Source: Lingula anatina
Lineage: Eukaryota > Animalia > Brachiopoda
DNA length: 64,000 nt
Direction: 5' to 3'
NCBI GenBank assembly: GCA_051362555.1
Contig: CM120649.1
Span: 17,622,567 to 17,686,566, forward strand
Of this stretch, positions 51,550-64,000 are shown piece after piece; the first letter of the stretch is position 1, and each line of letters opens with the position of its first letter. The translations under genes were made by a program, and so were the position numbers. Below the pieces are notes generated by a model. The model saw only the letters and a list, made by a program, of their open reading frames with translations. It was not told the origin of the DNA and made no database searches.

Positions 51550-54500
51550 TGGTATATAAATATGCCCGCCCTGCATTTACTGCCCAGGTCATCAGGAGTT
51601 CACTGGCCCAGCAGTGTCGCTGACCTTTTATCTGGGCCAATCTAAATGGTCAACACTTCACTTTGGCCTTGAGTGACCACCTGCCATAGGGGAGGTCAAC
51701 ACGGGCGCTGGGTGTATTTCTTTTGGTACATAATATACAAATCCATACAAGGTGATACAGAAGACAGGCAAATGTGCTTGACAGCCATGTTTGCACTTCG
51801 CTATGCCAAGTCATTTATGATGGCCGTTTGGTCATGCAAGCCATTGTGTTCTTTACACAACTTTGCATTATTAGTTAAATAATCTATCAATTAATTTATT
51901 TACACATCATTTATGTAAGAGAAAGACAGTTAAGGACAGTGTTCAAATGTATTTTCATATCCCAAAACTTTCCTCACCCTTCCAGCCATATTGATTATAT
52001 TGTTGTAAGTTTGGTTGAAGTCAGGGGAGTCAGTCAGTTCATGTTTGTAAGGAATATACTAGGATTGCACTCAAACCTGTTCCCATGACCTCACCATCCT
52101 CCATTTTTATATATTCTATCCTTCCCTTCTCATGATGACAGATAAAATTTTCAAGGACTGGTTCAAAATTATGTTCAGACGGTAAAAAGGAACGGCAATA
52201 ATTTTTAGAGTAGCCACTTTGAATTTAAAGTCAGTCTGGGAAAAATGTCCTTCAAAACCAGTCCAGCAAATTTGTCTTAACTGCTCATTCAAATGTCAGC
52301 TATTTTGAAGTTTTCAGCATGTCTGAGTAATGACTTAATTCCTGATATAAAGCAACTCAACCTATGCCAGGATTACCACTATGCACTGAATGCATGTCTC
52401 ACGCCATAATGTCTTAGATGGGGACATGTCACGCCTACCAATCTCATACCTCTTATTTTTTTTCCATCTTAATCTACAATTTTAGAAGATATTATTCAAT
52501 ATTCCTCAAGTCAGTTGTTCAACATGTGTACATTTGATGATGTGTGTGCACCCATTGCCTCTTTCGTACTAAATTGTTTTCCATTTCCTGCGATCTCATG
52601 ACCTCACAAGATTACGACATTCTCATCAACCAATTTCAAAATGGCGGCATGCATGAAAGAAAAGGGTGCAACATCATGCAATCCACACATCGTGCTCATC
52701 AGTTGTATTTAAGAAAAAGTTGGCTTTTGTTTCTAGACTGCTAACACAAGATAATAATAAGAGGAGGATTTTAACCACAATCCTGGTGGGAGAGGGGGGG
52801 GGGTAATTAATAAGATACATGCTTTACTGCTCTAAATGGCAAATGCCTAGTTTTTATACTGTTATTTCATGCAATTTATTTTTCATTCCTTGCAAGACTA
52901 AATACCAACCTATGGACTACTTTAGTTTTTATTTATCAAATATTTATGCATTTCCGTTGTTCAGTTCACAGGTTATTATAACCTATGTTTTGATTGCTTA
53001 ATGCCTGCCTTTCTCAATAATTGTAAAATACATTGGCATATTTAACATTAATCATGCATGACATTCATACAAAATTCAAACCCACCAGTGCAAAATAACG
53101 TAGACATATTTATATAAATATATATTTACCTGCATGAATTCATATATACACATATATATATCATGATTCAAATTACAAAGATTTGCTGCTTACAGACAGA
53201 CACAAACTGAAAATTTCACATGATAATACAGTGTAGATGGTTCACCATGCAGACATTAACGGCACACATATATTCATTTTTTTTTTTAATCTCCTGCTGA
53301 AATTTTAACCCCTTAATTTAAATATTATGTAATAAAATACTCTAGATTATGTCTAAATTGCCCTGTAGCTTCTCAAACAAATCCAGATTCACTGATTATT
53401 TGACTAGCGCCTTTGTCTGTCATATTTCCACTGAGAAAACCCCAGGTGAGAGCGGCAGTGAAAGATCGACCTAACGGACGTTTTGTCACATATCCATTTT
53501 CTCCATAATCCAGGGACTTGAATTATAGCATTTCATATTTCGTGATGAAACAAAGAACCAAATGCTCTTCACATGCTCTTTTTTCGAAAGCAGATTAATT
53601 TACACAATATTGTTGTTTTTTTTTATAGCTGTTTTGCAGATTGTGTTTTCTGATATTGCAGCCTTTGTCCTAATCTTCGGGACAAAATGCTCTCTGGCAA
53701 CTGAAGATAGCCTGGGAAAACTTGATAACAGGAATATGAATTAATTGCCATTTACTTTCCATGGCAATGCTAGTGACTAAGGTCAGTTAACTTCATTTGA
53801 TACGTGTATATGAGAGAGAGAGAAAGAGAGAGAAGGAGAGAAAGAGAGAGAGAGAGAGAAGGATAAGGGGGGTTAGCGAAACAAAACTTTTTTTTTCGTT
53901 ATCTAAAAACAACATGCCTATACCTAAAGTCAGACCATCTGAAAGCCTTCATCTTATTACCACAGGATTATAAACAACAAACGGTTTCCTTTTTCCTCAT
54001 GTTTTCACAGCAGACAACAAACCCACTGTTATCTCACTCGCGCTATTCAAAACCAATATTCTTCCTGGCAACAAAACACCCTGGGGGACAGCAAAACGCT
54101 TGATGAATCAAAACATTCTATCTTTCTCGCACCAATTGCTTCTCTTGTTTTTCAAAAAACATCGCTGCCTTCTCAGGCACATAAATGGGAGATTGTATTT
54201 GATCACCTGGGCCCATTATCGCTGTACAGCGTTATATCGGGTTACTTGATATTGCCAGGCGCCAGCAGGAGGGAGGAAAATCATGTATCAAAATTGGAGA
54301 ACTTTCAAGTATGGCTTGTCAGTTTAAAAATATATTCAGTATACCTATGTGTCAAAACTGGATGCAACTTTCAGATAGCTTTTCATGAACTGAAAATGTT
54401 CAAACAGTAAGTTTTATATGAATTGTGACTAGTAACAAATTAGAATATGTAGTTTATGTTTACTGGATTTGAAAAAGAAAGGGATAATTAATTTTAATAT

Positions 54501-56794
54501 CAACATGTATTGGAGTTGAGGAATCTTCAAGCATTTAAATTTTTATTGAACATTAAAAAATTTAGAATAAATGTTACAGGATTTAAACTAGATAAATGTG
54601 CTTAAACTGGATAAGCCCTTTGGGCAGCGAGTTCTTGGGAAAAAACAGATGGCAAAGGCGTATCAAAATGTATCAAATATAGAGATATTTTCGAGCATCC
54701 CTCTCATGTTCGTTTGATCTTAAAACATGAAACACTTAAGTAAGAATGTTTCACCCAGATCAAAGTCTTGTTAGTGTTTGAGAATTAAAGAACAAGCTAG
54801 ACTTATAGGAAATTGCATGCTTCTGCTTACACATTATTTGATGTTCGATAGAAGAATACTATTATCCCGAACCGAAGAGGTCAAGTTAAAAGTAACGGGA
54901 CAGATATTTGCACTTATTGCAGACCCTTAGAGAAACAACTATTTACAGGCATTAATTTTTTTTTTCATTTTGGACACAGGTAATAAGATACAAGTCTTAT
55001 TATCCCCAAGACCACCAATTGAAAAACTGGAGGAAAAAAAAGGAGACTAAAATTCAACAATTTTGCTTGACATCCTCAAGACGCTCTGTCCAGCTTTTAC
55101 ATTGTGATATCCTTATCTACAGCACTGCACGGCACATAAAGGTCAAGGCAGATAGAAACAGCGTGTCCTGCTGGGTTCTTCTTACGAGAGAACCAAGTAC
55201 AAGAGAACCAAGAGTGTGAACAAAATCAGTGGATTATTTAAAAAACATCATTAAGATAAATATGATGCTGTGATGCAATTCAATATTTGATTATCATTTA
55301 TTTTTCAGCAGGCAGTTTTTCCCCCCATTTAATGTAATAAATATAATAAATTATTCAAATATAAACCTATATAAACATTTGGCTAAAAATAAAATAAAAA
55401 CGCAGACCAAAATGAATTAAAATGAACAAACAAACAACCAAAATAAATAAATGAATAATGGGTAAGATTGGAAAAGGTAAAAAAACACAAGGTGTTTTAC
55501 TTTGTTTTTCCAATGGATATCCCTGTTTAGCCTAGCAGAACTAATCCAATTCATTTAAAAGCAGGTTCCCTTTTTGTTTCGTCAGAACCAGGGCTAGGTT
55601 TCCATTTGCATGCAGAAAACACATGAAAAGACATGCATCTCTTTGATATCCTATTGAACCTACCAAGGGAAACAGGTTGATCTCCTGAAGCTTGGTGTGA
55701 ACAGGACCCTTTTTTTTCTCTGATGTTCATTTTAACCTTATAGCACCTTGGTCTGATACTTTAATGTAGTGCATGGGAATGTAAATGGGATAGGCAAGTC
55801 CTTGAACTTATTTGCTGAGAATAAGTAAAAAAAAAAAAAAAATTAGCATGCAAAAAAAGAAACATGCAAAGAGATGACATTTCATCCAAAATTTCTTTTT
55901 TTTTTCTTTCTTTTTGTGATTCAGGCTCTTATATTTCATATGGGAACCACAAAGTGACATGAGAACATCTTTATATCTGAATCCACATCATATTTTCCAG
56001 GAATCAAGGAAGAAAAACTTCCGAAGTGATACATTATATACCATTACCTTCTTGCTTCAGCAGACAAGACATTCATCTGCTGTTGCAATTATGGCAATGT
56101 AGAAAACGGATACAAGCCATTGGAAGAGTTTCCATCACAGACTAATCTAATTGAAAAACAATGTCAGGGCTGTATATAGATTATGGATATGTATTTAGTG
56201 TTTTTAGACCAAGAAGACTGTGGAAATGTATGTTTGACATGAACACATATTCAAGAACGTGTAGCAATAAAAATACACCGACCGAGTTCATTCAATCTCC
56301 ATTTCTGTGATATGGGCGTATTACTTGGAAAAAAATTATCCATTAAAGTAACACAAAGCCCTTTTAAATATAACTTAATTCCCTACAAGCAAAAGATGTC
56401 TACCAGCTAGTTTAGTGTTAAGTGTGTATTAAGTGTGATCAATAGTAATTATTTCAACTATTCTGATGGAAAGAATGCAAACTACCACTGGCAAAAGTTT
56501 ATAATGTCTTTTAACTGTCTTTTTATATATACCATAAAATGAAAAAAAAATCAAAAGTAATTATTTTGAGGAAAAAAAATTGAATGAAGGTGGATTATTT
56601 CCTTTTGAAACCAAACCCAACAAACTACAGATACCATATCTCCTTCTTTTTTATGCTGACAAACACCAAATCTCACTTTTGGAATATAACCACATAAACT
56701 GTTTCCACATAAACAGACATACCAAAGATACAATGGGAAAGAAAAGATAGACAAACAAATAAATACAGAGACAAACGATCAAACCAAACCTTAC

Positions 56795-57010
56795 AAAATT
56801 TCCTACGGGATCCTTCAGGCCATATCCTAGATAGGAATCCTATAAGATTTCCCATAGAATTCCTAAAGAGTCCCATAGAGTCCTTTAGGATTCCTACAAG
56901 ATTCCTACTGAGACATAGAATTCCTATAGAATCCTGTAGGACCCTATTAAGTCCGATAAGCTTCCTATAGAGTCCAATACGATTCCTGTAGAGTCCCAAA
57001 GGGTCCTGTA
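56795..57010. repeat. Degenerate repeat of short near-palindromic units (ATTCCTATAGA-like, about 11 bp)
   Basis: TCCTATAG, TCCTGTAG, TCCCATAG and TCCTAAAG variants repeated more than 15 times. Confidence 0.7.
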
Positions 57011-57064
57011 ACATTTTGGTTAAGGAAACTACCAAACAACAAACAAACAAACAAACAAACCCAC

Positions 57065-57304
57065 CTTTATAGAATCAAAACAACATGTGACTCTTCCATT
57101 CTGAACTTCCACATGCGGAGGAGGGTGTGCGAATTTACACTCCAGCTCTGTACGTGTGCACTTGTTCCTTTGGTATTCTCGACACACTTCCAGCGTTAGC
57201 CAACGAGAATCCTTTTGATTGGCCAAAGTAGCCAGTTGAGCAGCCGCCATTGGGTTCATTACTGCCGAATTAGGTATCCCTGCTGCCGGATTTACCATAG
57301 CCAT
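57065..57304 (-). CDS. mbl: Muscleblind first coding segment, ZnF1 and start of ZnF2
   Basis: Start context GCAAACATGG. Reads MAMVNP...[50 protein letters not shown], then donor AAG|[15 protein letters not shown] and NGRV..CFDS are diagnostic of muscleblind. Confidence 0.98.
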
Positions 57305-57664
57305 GTTTGCGTCTGTTCTTGAAAAGTTTTTATTTATGTAACAACCAGTTATTTTGACAAATTATCTGACCTCTTTGGTGTCAGATTTATAACACAGATT
57401 ATGTAAAATCTTTAAATGCTCAGTTTATGTACAAAACTTCTATCTATACACTCTACAGTGTATAAACGTATGACACATTGGGTACAAAAATAGAAGAATT
57501 TCCTTTGATTCTTTTTTTTTCTGGTAAAGATGCTTCCTTTTTTTTTTCTTTACGTAGAAAATAATTATCCACTACGGTTATTGGGAGGTCCTACGATCAG
57601 CAGTGGTTGTGACAAGGTCTGTGTTGGTACTTGTGTAACAGGTGTAGTTCTCTCCAAAGACTAT
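57305..57664 (-). other. mbl: 5' UTR portion of the first coding exon (whole exon 57065-57664, 600 nt)
   Basis: Strong acceptor catttttccttctcatttcag with its AG at 57666-57665. An internal start-codon exon is the conserved mbl/MBNL exon 2 layout. Confidence 0.65.
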
Positions 57665-60600
57665 CTGAAATGAGAAGGAAAAATGACATTAAAATCACAT
57701 CGTAGTTTATAAGAACATATATCTTCACAGAAAACAAAAAACTTCAGTACAACGAGCTTGCTACTTAGAGCAAGGACCGGTAAAATTGGCTGAGGCAAGA
57801 AAATGAAGTGTCGCTCTTTTAAATGCCAATTTTGTACGTAAAGCAATGCTCGTTAGAAAAAAAAAACTGTTGCAGTACTTATATGACAGAAGAGGTTTTA
57901 ATCACGACATTCAATGTTAGGTCAAAAAACTCCATCTCTACAATAGTATCACCAGGCATGCCAGGAAATTCGTGGAGAAAACACTGCATGTTTTCAATGG
58001 TAGAGACAGTCCTATCATGGAGGAATCGACCCACGTACAAGTAGCTCCCAGATACAATCTAACACAAATTAAGACTTGCTTGTTATTCATACCGTCATAC
58101 CATGAACCAGATCATGCATGTATTACAAGCATAAAAATATTTTAGATGCAGCTTGGACCAATATTTCTACAGGAAAGGAATCGTTATACTCAGAAATTTG
58201 AAATAGCCATTACTGAAATAGGATATCACATACACCCAGTTAAAAAAATCCTGCCCAATGGGATTGGTTTGAACTTTGTGTCAACATGAACTGTACTCTT
58301 ATCAAAACGCTTACACAGATTCTGTCTTCATATTCCCATAATGCACCACAGTAAACACACCAGAGAGAACCCACAATGAAATTATCACCAATTATGCTCT
58401 TCAGTCTGCCTTATAGACAGTTTACAGGGCACGTTGCTAAATATGCACTCTGCAGGGGTCACCAGATATACTAATTTTTCTAAATTTTTTTAAAAACAGC
58501 AGATTTGTTAGCCGAAATGAATTTCTCATGGACTGACTGTTAATTCAAAATGGCCGCTGCCTTGGACCAACTGAGCAGAATGTGGTTCTTGAAAAATGTT
58601 AATTATCGGTCACAACAGACATGACCAACTGTTCCAGAATGTCTGAATCATGCAGGAGAAAAATGGAGTAGGAGGACCTATACAAAGTTTGGAGGCCATG
58701 CTTTAACCTGAACAAGATCAGGTATAATGGCCCACTTCTGACCTTTTTAAAATAAAAAGGGCCACCTTAAAGATAAGAATATAGATGGACCAGATTCGCG
58801 ATCATGTATTTTCGGTCATTTGTGGCCTTGTCAAGCAAATTGCACTTTACTTGTTACACATTTATACAGTCTTCTACTAATACATATATGCCAATAAGTG
58901 AAAATCATTATTCAGGAACTGTATACTGGCCACAAACAAAACTAAAACGTTTTATTTCCTTTCTCTGCTGCCTTAAACTTCCAGTGACTTCTTCCCATGA
59001 TGATTATAAATATAATATGTAACCCTCATCCTAGGATCTTAGAGAATAATTCATTTTATAACATAGTGCAAAAACACTGAAGAATACTGAACTCTGGCCT
59101 GACATGAAAACCCTCTTCCATTTACCATTTAGAAAGTACATTATCATACTGGTATCTGTTTTAAATGTCATTGTCTACAGCTTATCATGGATAAGTTCAA
59201 CAGCTGTTGTATATATAGAAATAAATAAAAAATCTGGATGAGATAGAATTGTAAATAAGAATTAGTGGGATTTTATAACTGAAAAATAATCATAAATCCA
59301 GATAACTTCTAGTATGTGTGCATAATTTTGACAATTAAAATGGGCAATACTACCAGATCACAACAAATGAACCTGGAGATTAAGAAGGCATATTTTAGCT
59401 TGAAATCTCTTAAGGTGTGTGCCTGAGTGTGTGTTTGTGTATACATCTCCATGTGTACCTGAATGCGCATGTTTAATTGCACACGCACATGCATGCAAAC
59501 CACGCATCTCCCACATAGCACATCTTGAAATATTCTCCTCGCTTGTCTGTTATCATAGAAGTTGCCCTAACAAAGTACCCAGTCATGTTTCATTAGAGCC
59601 ACTGCTCTGTATTTGACATGCTGTTGACATCTTTATCTGCCTGTTTTTTGACTGCTTTTTCTCACCACTTTGATAAGCCATCTGCCAGTTCGCCTGTTGT
59701 CTGCTTTGCTTTTTAGCCACAAAAAAGTATTTTCCAAAAAAAGATTTGGAAGAAAGGTTCGTGTGAACTGTTAAAAAAATAACATAAATACAATATTGTA
59801 CAAAATGTACTTGAAGTGACATCAAATTTTCATTAACATGTCCCTGTGAAGATACTTTTAAAATAATTCACACAGATCAACTCTGAACATAAAGAACACC
59901 ATAAGAGGAAATCAATCACATTAGAATTATTTTGTAAAAAGTTGCTACAGCAAATCATTTTCTTACATTTCCCAACATTTGTCATAACTACCAACTTTAG
60001 AAAAAAAAAAAAAAACATTCCATTTGTGTCTAAAACTATACTTACAAAATCAACACTATTTAAATTGCTTTGAATAAGATTTCTAAAGGAATCATTTATA
60101 AGTTCCACCTGTACAATGCTATCTTCTCCCAAAGTATTGTCAACATGTTATTGTGTCCTATGATAATTTGCTCATAACCTGCCTAAAGGTCACTGTGTGA
60201 TAATTAATAAACTTCATCCTTGTAGGGAAAAAGTCCTCCCACACCTAAATTCCTGCTTTTCCTGTGGAAGACATGTTTTCTTTTACAGCTTTCATCTTTA
60301 GCAAATGTTTTTTTTTTTCTTTTTTATTTGGCCATACAGGAAAATAATTAAGTAAAACAGGCAAGAGCCTTCTCAATGACACCAAAGCAAAATCATCACT
60401 GTACATGTAATTTTAAGTATGTTACTCACTTTTTAACACATGTAATACAAAATATGAATCAATGAAAAAAAATGTATGTTTAGCTTGCAATTGAGTCAAG
60501 CAAAAATTTTTGTCGCACAACCTGGCAGGGCTAGTTACATGGTTCCTACAGCTAGCTGTAACCTACAGTCTCCAGTTCCTACAGCTAAAGCTACAAGAGT

Positions 60601-61937
60601 CTCCAGTTCCTGCAGCTAACACAACTCACTGCTGTCTCCAGAATTTCTGAGGGCACATTTGTTGTTTCATTCAGCTCTGCATGTTACAATACCCGAGGCG
60701 TATTTTGTGTTGGTCACATATCCGACCAATCATGTCTTTTTAATAACTACTTGCAGATCGCGCCAGTTTCGAGCCAATTGTTCAGAGCCAATTGTTCGGC
60801 ATTGGTTTGTGATTCTTAAGTCATCAGGTTTGAATTCCCATCAGTAAGCTAAAAGCCATAAAAATTCCTTCATCATTACTCTTTGCATTCATTGTATTGG
60901 TTTATAGCGTCTCTAGGCCTACTACCTGTCTGTAGGATTAAAATTCTCTCCTGTATTTGAACATTCCACTCCAACAACATTTCAACCCCAACAACATCCT
61001 AAACTCTTCTTAAAACATATAAAGATTGAAATCTTCTACAAGGATAAAATTAATCAATCCTGTCTTTCACAAAGACTGTACGGACACAATGCTAAGATGG
61101 ATCCTTGTCTATCTAAGTCGAAATACTTGCCACCAACATCCATTTCCAAGAAACTTGCAGTGGTTTTTATTTTTATTTTTTTGTTATTGACCTGCTAGCT
61201 CTTGTTGTTTGACAGGGTCATTAAAGAAAGAAAATTCAATTGTTCACAGCTGATAAACTCCTTTGTCTGAACATCCCTGCCAACAACCATCAGTATGAAG
61301 TAATCTGAGTGACAACATTACCAAAAGATAAATGAATATTCTTTTCTTTTTCAAGTCACATGAACAAACCAACTGCAATGGGTAATCTTTCCATTTTTCT
61401 TCTTGAATTATGTATTCAACTGATGGGATTGGAAACATGCTATAACGTCACCACCAAGAGAGACAAACAAAAGGTTTAATCTACAAGCAGCTGAAAACTT
61501 CAGATGGTCAAATGTACATGACAAGCAAATAGAAACAGGATTCATGGAAACTGCACTGTAGCTAGAAGCAGACAACCAGCTCTTTGGGCTTGGGCATCTC
61601 AAGAGATTTTGGGGTTTCAGTGACAATGTGAAGGGACATGTTCATATCTTTAATTTTCTTGTAAAAATGCACTGAAAAATTGATGAGTCTTGTATCATTA
61701 AATGAAATGTCACAGATGACGGATACACGATGACAAACCAGGTGATAAACTCAATCTCAGAGTGAGACAAAAGCAGCTTGCCATGCCTCAGTGGTTTCAC
61801 GACAGATGGTCAATGTGCATCTGGTATTCCTGTGCAAAATCCCCAAACACTGAACATGTGTGCGTTCGTGCATGCCTGCGTCAGTGTGCATTAACATGCT
61901 AACATTTTCTGAGGCAAATATCCTGGTTATTCAAGAT

Positions 61938-61951
61938 GGGGGGGGGGGGGG

Positions 61952-61997
<46 letters not shown>
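61938..61997. repeat. Poly-G followed by (GA)n microsatellite
   Basis: Direct observation. Confidence 0.95.
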
Positions 61998-62000
<3 letters not shown>

Positions 62001-62951
62001 GAGGGTACAGTCACACTGCTATCAGTCAATTAAGCACACATATAGTATGCCCTGATTTCAAACAAAAAATTTCATGTCCTTTACATTCAAGGAGATTTGA
62101 TGCCTTTTCCAATATTGCACATTCTGATGACATTTAGTAAGTAAATTTCCCTTTTTTTACTTTAAATTATATTTAGTTCTTTTGTATTCTGCGTAAGTTA
62201 TAATGTAATTATTTGTCTAGGTGTTTAAAAAATCAATACAAAATGCATCTTCATTTGATTCCAAACAGGCGAGAAAAGCAAACAAAGACTATATAGACTT
62301 CCTGTTCACAGAGCACTTATCCTATCACCAAACCATACCTATCTTAGAAAACAAAGGAGGAAAACAGAAGATATCTAAAGCAAAAAGTTGGAAAACAACA
62401 CTTAATATTTGGCCAGAAAGGTATACATCTTTTGTAAAAACATGCTACACCCAAGTGGTTTTTTTTTTCCTGACGAAGATATGAAATACATATCACTCAT
62501 CCTTGTGATAGCAGAGGCATTACCATGGAAAACCCTTCTCTTCGCTGACAGTTCCCAATTATTCAAAACAAGTTGCCATGGCAACACAGGATAGTACCAT
62601 TAGTCTACAGGCTTGGCATTAAAAAGCCATGCGAAGTCCAGCCGCGGAATGGGCAGACTTCAAAGCAAACCTAATCGTCCAATCAGGAAATGGGGAATTT
62701 TAACACCAGGAGATTGTAAAGCATGCAGGTGTGAGACAAGTGAGCAAGAACGAGACGTGAAATCGTCAGGACACGAAGTGCATAATGCTTCCACGTTAAT
62801 GCCCGTCCATGCCCATTGAGACCAGACAAGGTCTAACATGACATGAGCTTGGAGGAATTGATACTGCACAGTCAAAGAAATTGAATAACACTTCTTCACT
62901 CTTGTCAGCCTCTTTACTTATGTGTGACATGTTGGTCACTTTGTTTGACAG

Positions 62952-63026
62952 TGTGTGTGTGTGTGTGTGTGTGTGTGAGTGAAAGAGAGAGAGAGAGACA
63001 GAGATAGAGACAGAGAGACAGATAGA
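62952..63026. repeat. (GT)n/(GA)n compound microsatellite
   Basis: Direct observation. Confidence 0.9.
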
Positions 63027-63222
63027 GCATTCTTCAGTAATTATAGGTTTTCCATAAAATCTCCTCTACCCTAAAATATGATAATAAAAATAAAAAAAAT
63101 AAGAAGTTGAATAGTGCACTGTTGTAAGTATGATTTCAAAAATGATACAAATTGATAAAATCATTACAAGCAAAAGTACAAGTACCATTACAACAGCAAC
63201 AAGACTTATAACAGTAACTTAC

Positions 63223-63300
63223 TTCTTATCGCGGGGCGCCAGACCTCGAACCACACAAATGTTCTTTTGATTGTTGTCAAAACGGAATAACATTTATCTA
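63223..63300 (-). other. Candidate non-coding upstream exon of mbl (5' boundary unknown)
   Basis: CpG-rich stretch GGCGCCCCGCGATAAGAA followed by a consensus GTAAGT donor at 63222 on the mbl strand. Confidence 0.3.
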
Positions 63301-64000
63301 TTTGGCATGCTTTGCTGTGTCATATGACTCTTTGCAGACTTGGCTGACACAACATGGAATTACTTCGTAAAAAGTGCAGAACCGCTGACACATAATCCAC
63401 TAAAATATGGCTTCATTTCACTCCACAAACCAGCTTCCACTAACATTCATTCCTTGTTTTTTCTTAGTATTTCGAATTTTTTTGATCAGTAGCCTTGCTG
63501 CCTCAAAGTCAATTAAAATGTGTCTATGGTCAATTCCTCAAAAAACATTTTTTACTCTGGCTCTCCAAAGATAACATAGAAAATGTTGATTGCAGCCAGT
63601 CAGAAGTTGGTAAACAAAATACCACATGACCTGACCCAACCTCAGCAAGGTGTAATGCAATCAAATTCCCCCTTTGACAGCATTACATCACAAGGCACTG
63701 GAGTAAAAGAAAAATAACTTTGTCCAATTTTTCATGTGCCCTTACTGTGGATCCACCATCATTTTCTGATATTTTTTATAATTCTAGAAAAAAAAAATAC
63801 AAAAGCAGATCCTTCTTCATGAAAAAAATTACAAAACATTTACTAACCTCTAGCTATACTTCATTTCTTAAGAGACATGTTATCTAAGAAATAAAATCAG
63901 ACTACAAGTGCTTATCCAAATTCCTTCTTTAAGTTCATAATTTCTCTCTACTTTTTACTATGGCTCGTGAAATTACTCACATCTGTGAAAATACATAGCA

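Noticed and set aside
724-62899. Most short ORFs in the supplied six-frame track
   Set aside because: Low-complexity F/L/I/K-rich translations of AT-rich intronic DNA or microsatellites. Only those overlapping mbl exons are meaningful.

Overview
AT-rich, intron-rich animal genomic DNA, not prokaryotic. The protostome-type ZnF2 spacing and mollusc-like MITEs suggest a lophotrochozoan invertebrate (inference). Almost the whole window is one minus-strand muscleblind (mbl/MBNL) gene, with the start codon at 57304 and the last stop at 9717. I reconstructed the exons by hand from GT-AG sites and phase continuity, and most are missed by the ORF track. Main results: (1) The gene encodes six CCCH zinc fingers in three tandem pairs. 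(2) An 86-nt cassette switches a dual-coding exon between a 4-finger isoform ending FTGHPASVQRF and a 6-finger isoform. (3) A 66-nt NLS exon is preceded by an AG-free YGCY cluster that closely resembles, from memory, the autoregulatory element before vertebrate MBNL1 exon 5. (4) Further YGCY clusters, small candidate cassette or terminal exons and long-range RNA duplexes cover splice sites. (5) The 600-nt first coding exon is laid out like the circMbl exon. Introns carry MITEs, a Helentron-type element, and mini- and microsatellites. A decayed SAP-domain exon lies at the left edge on the plus strand.
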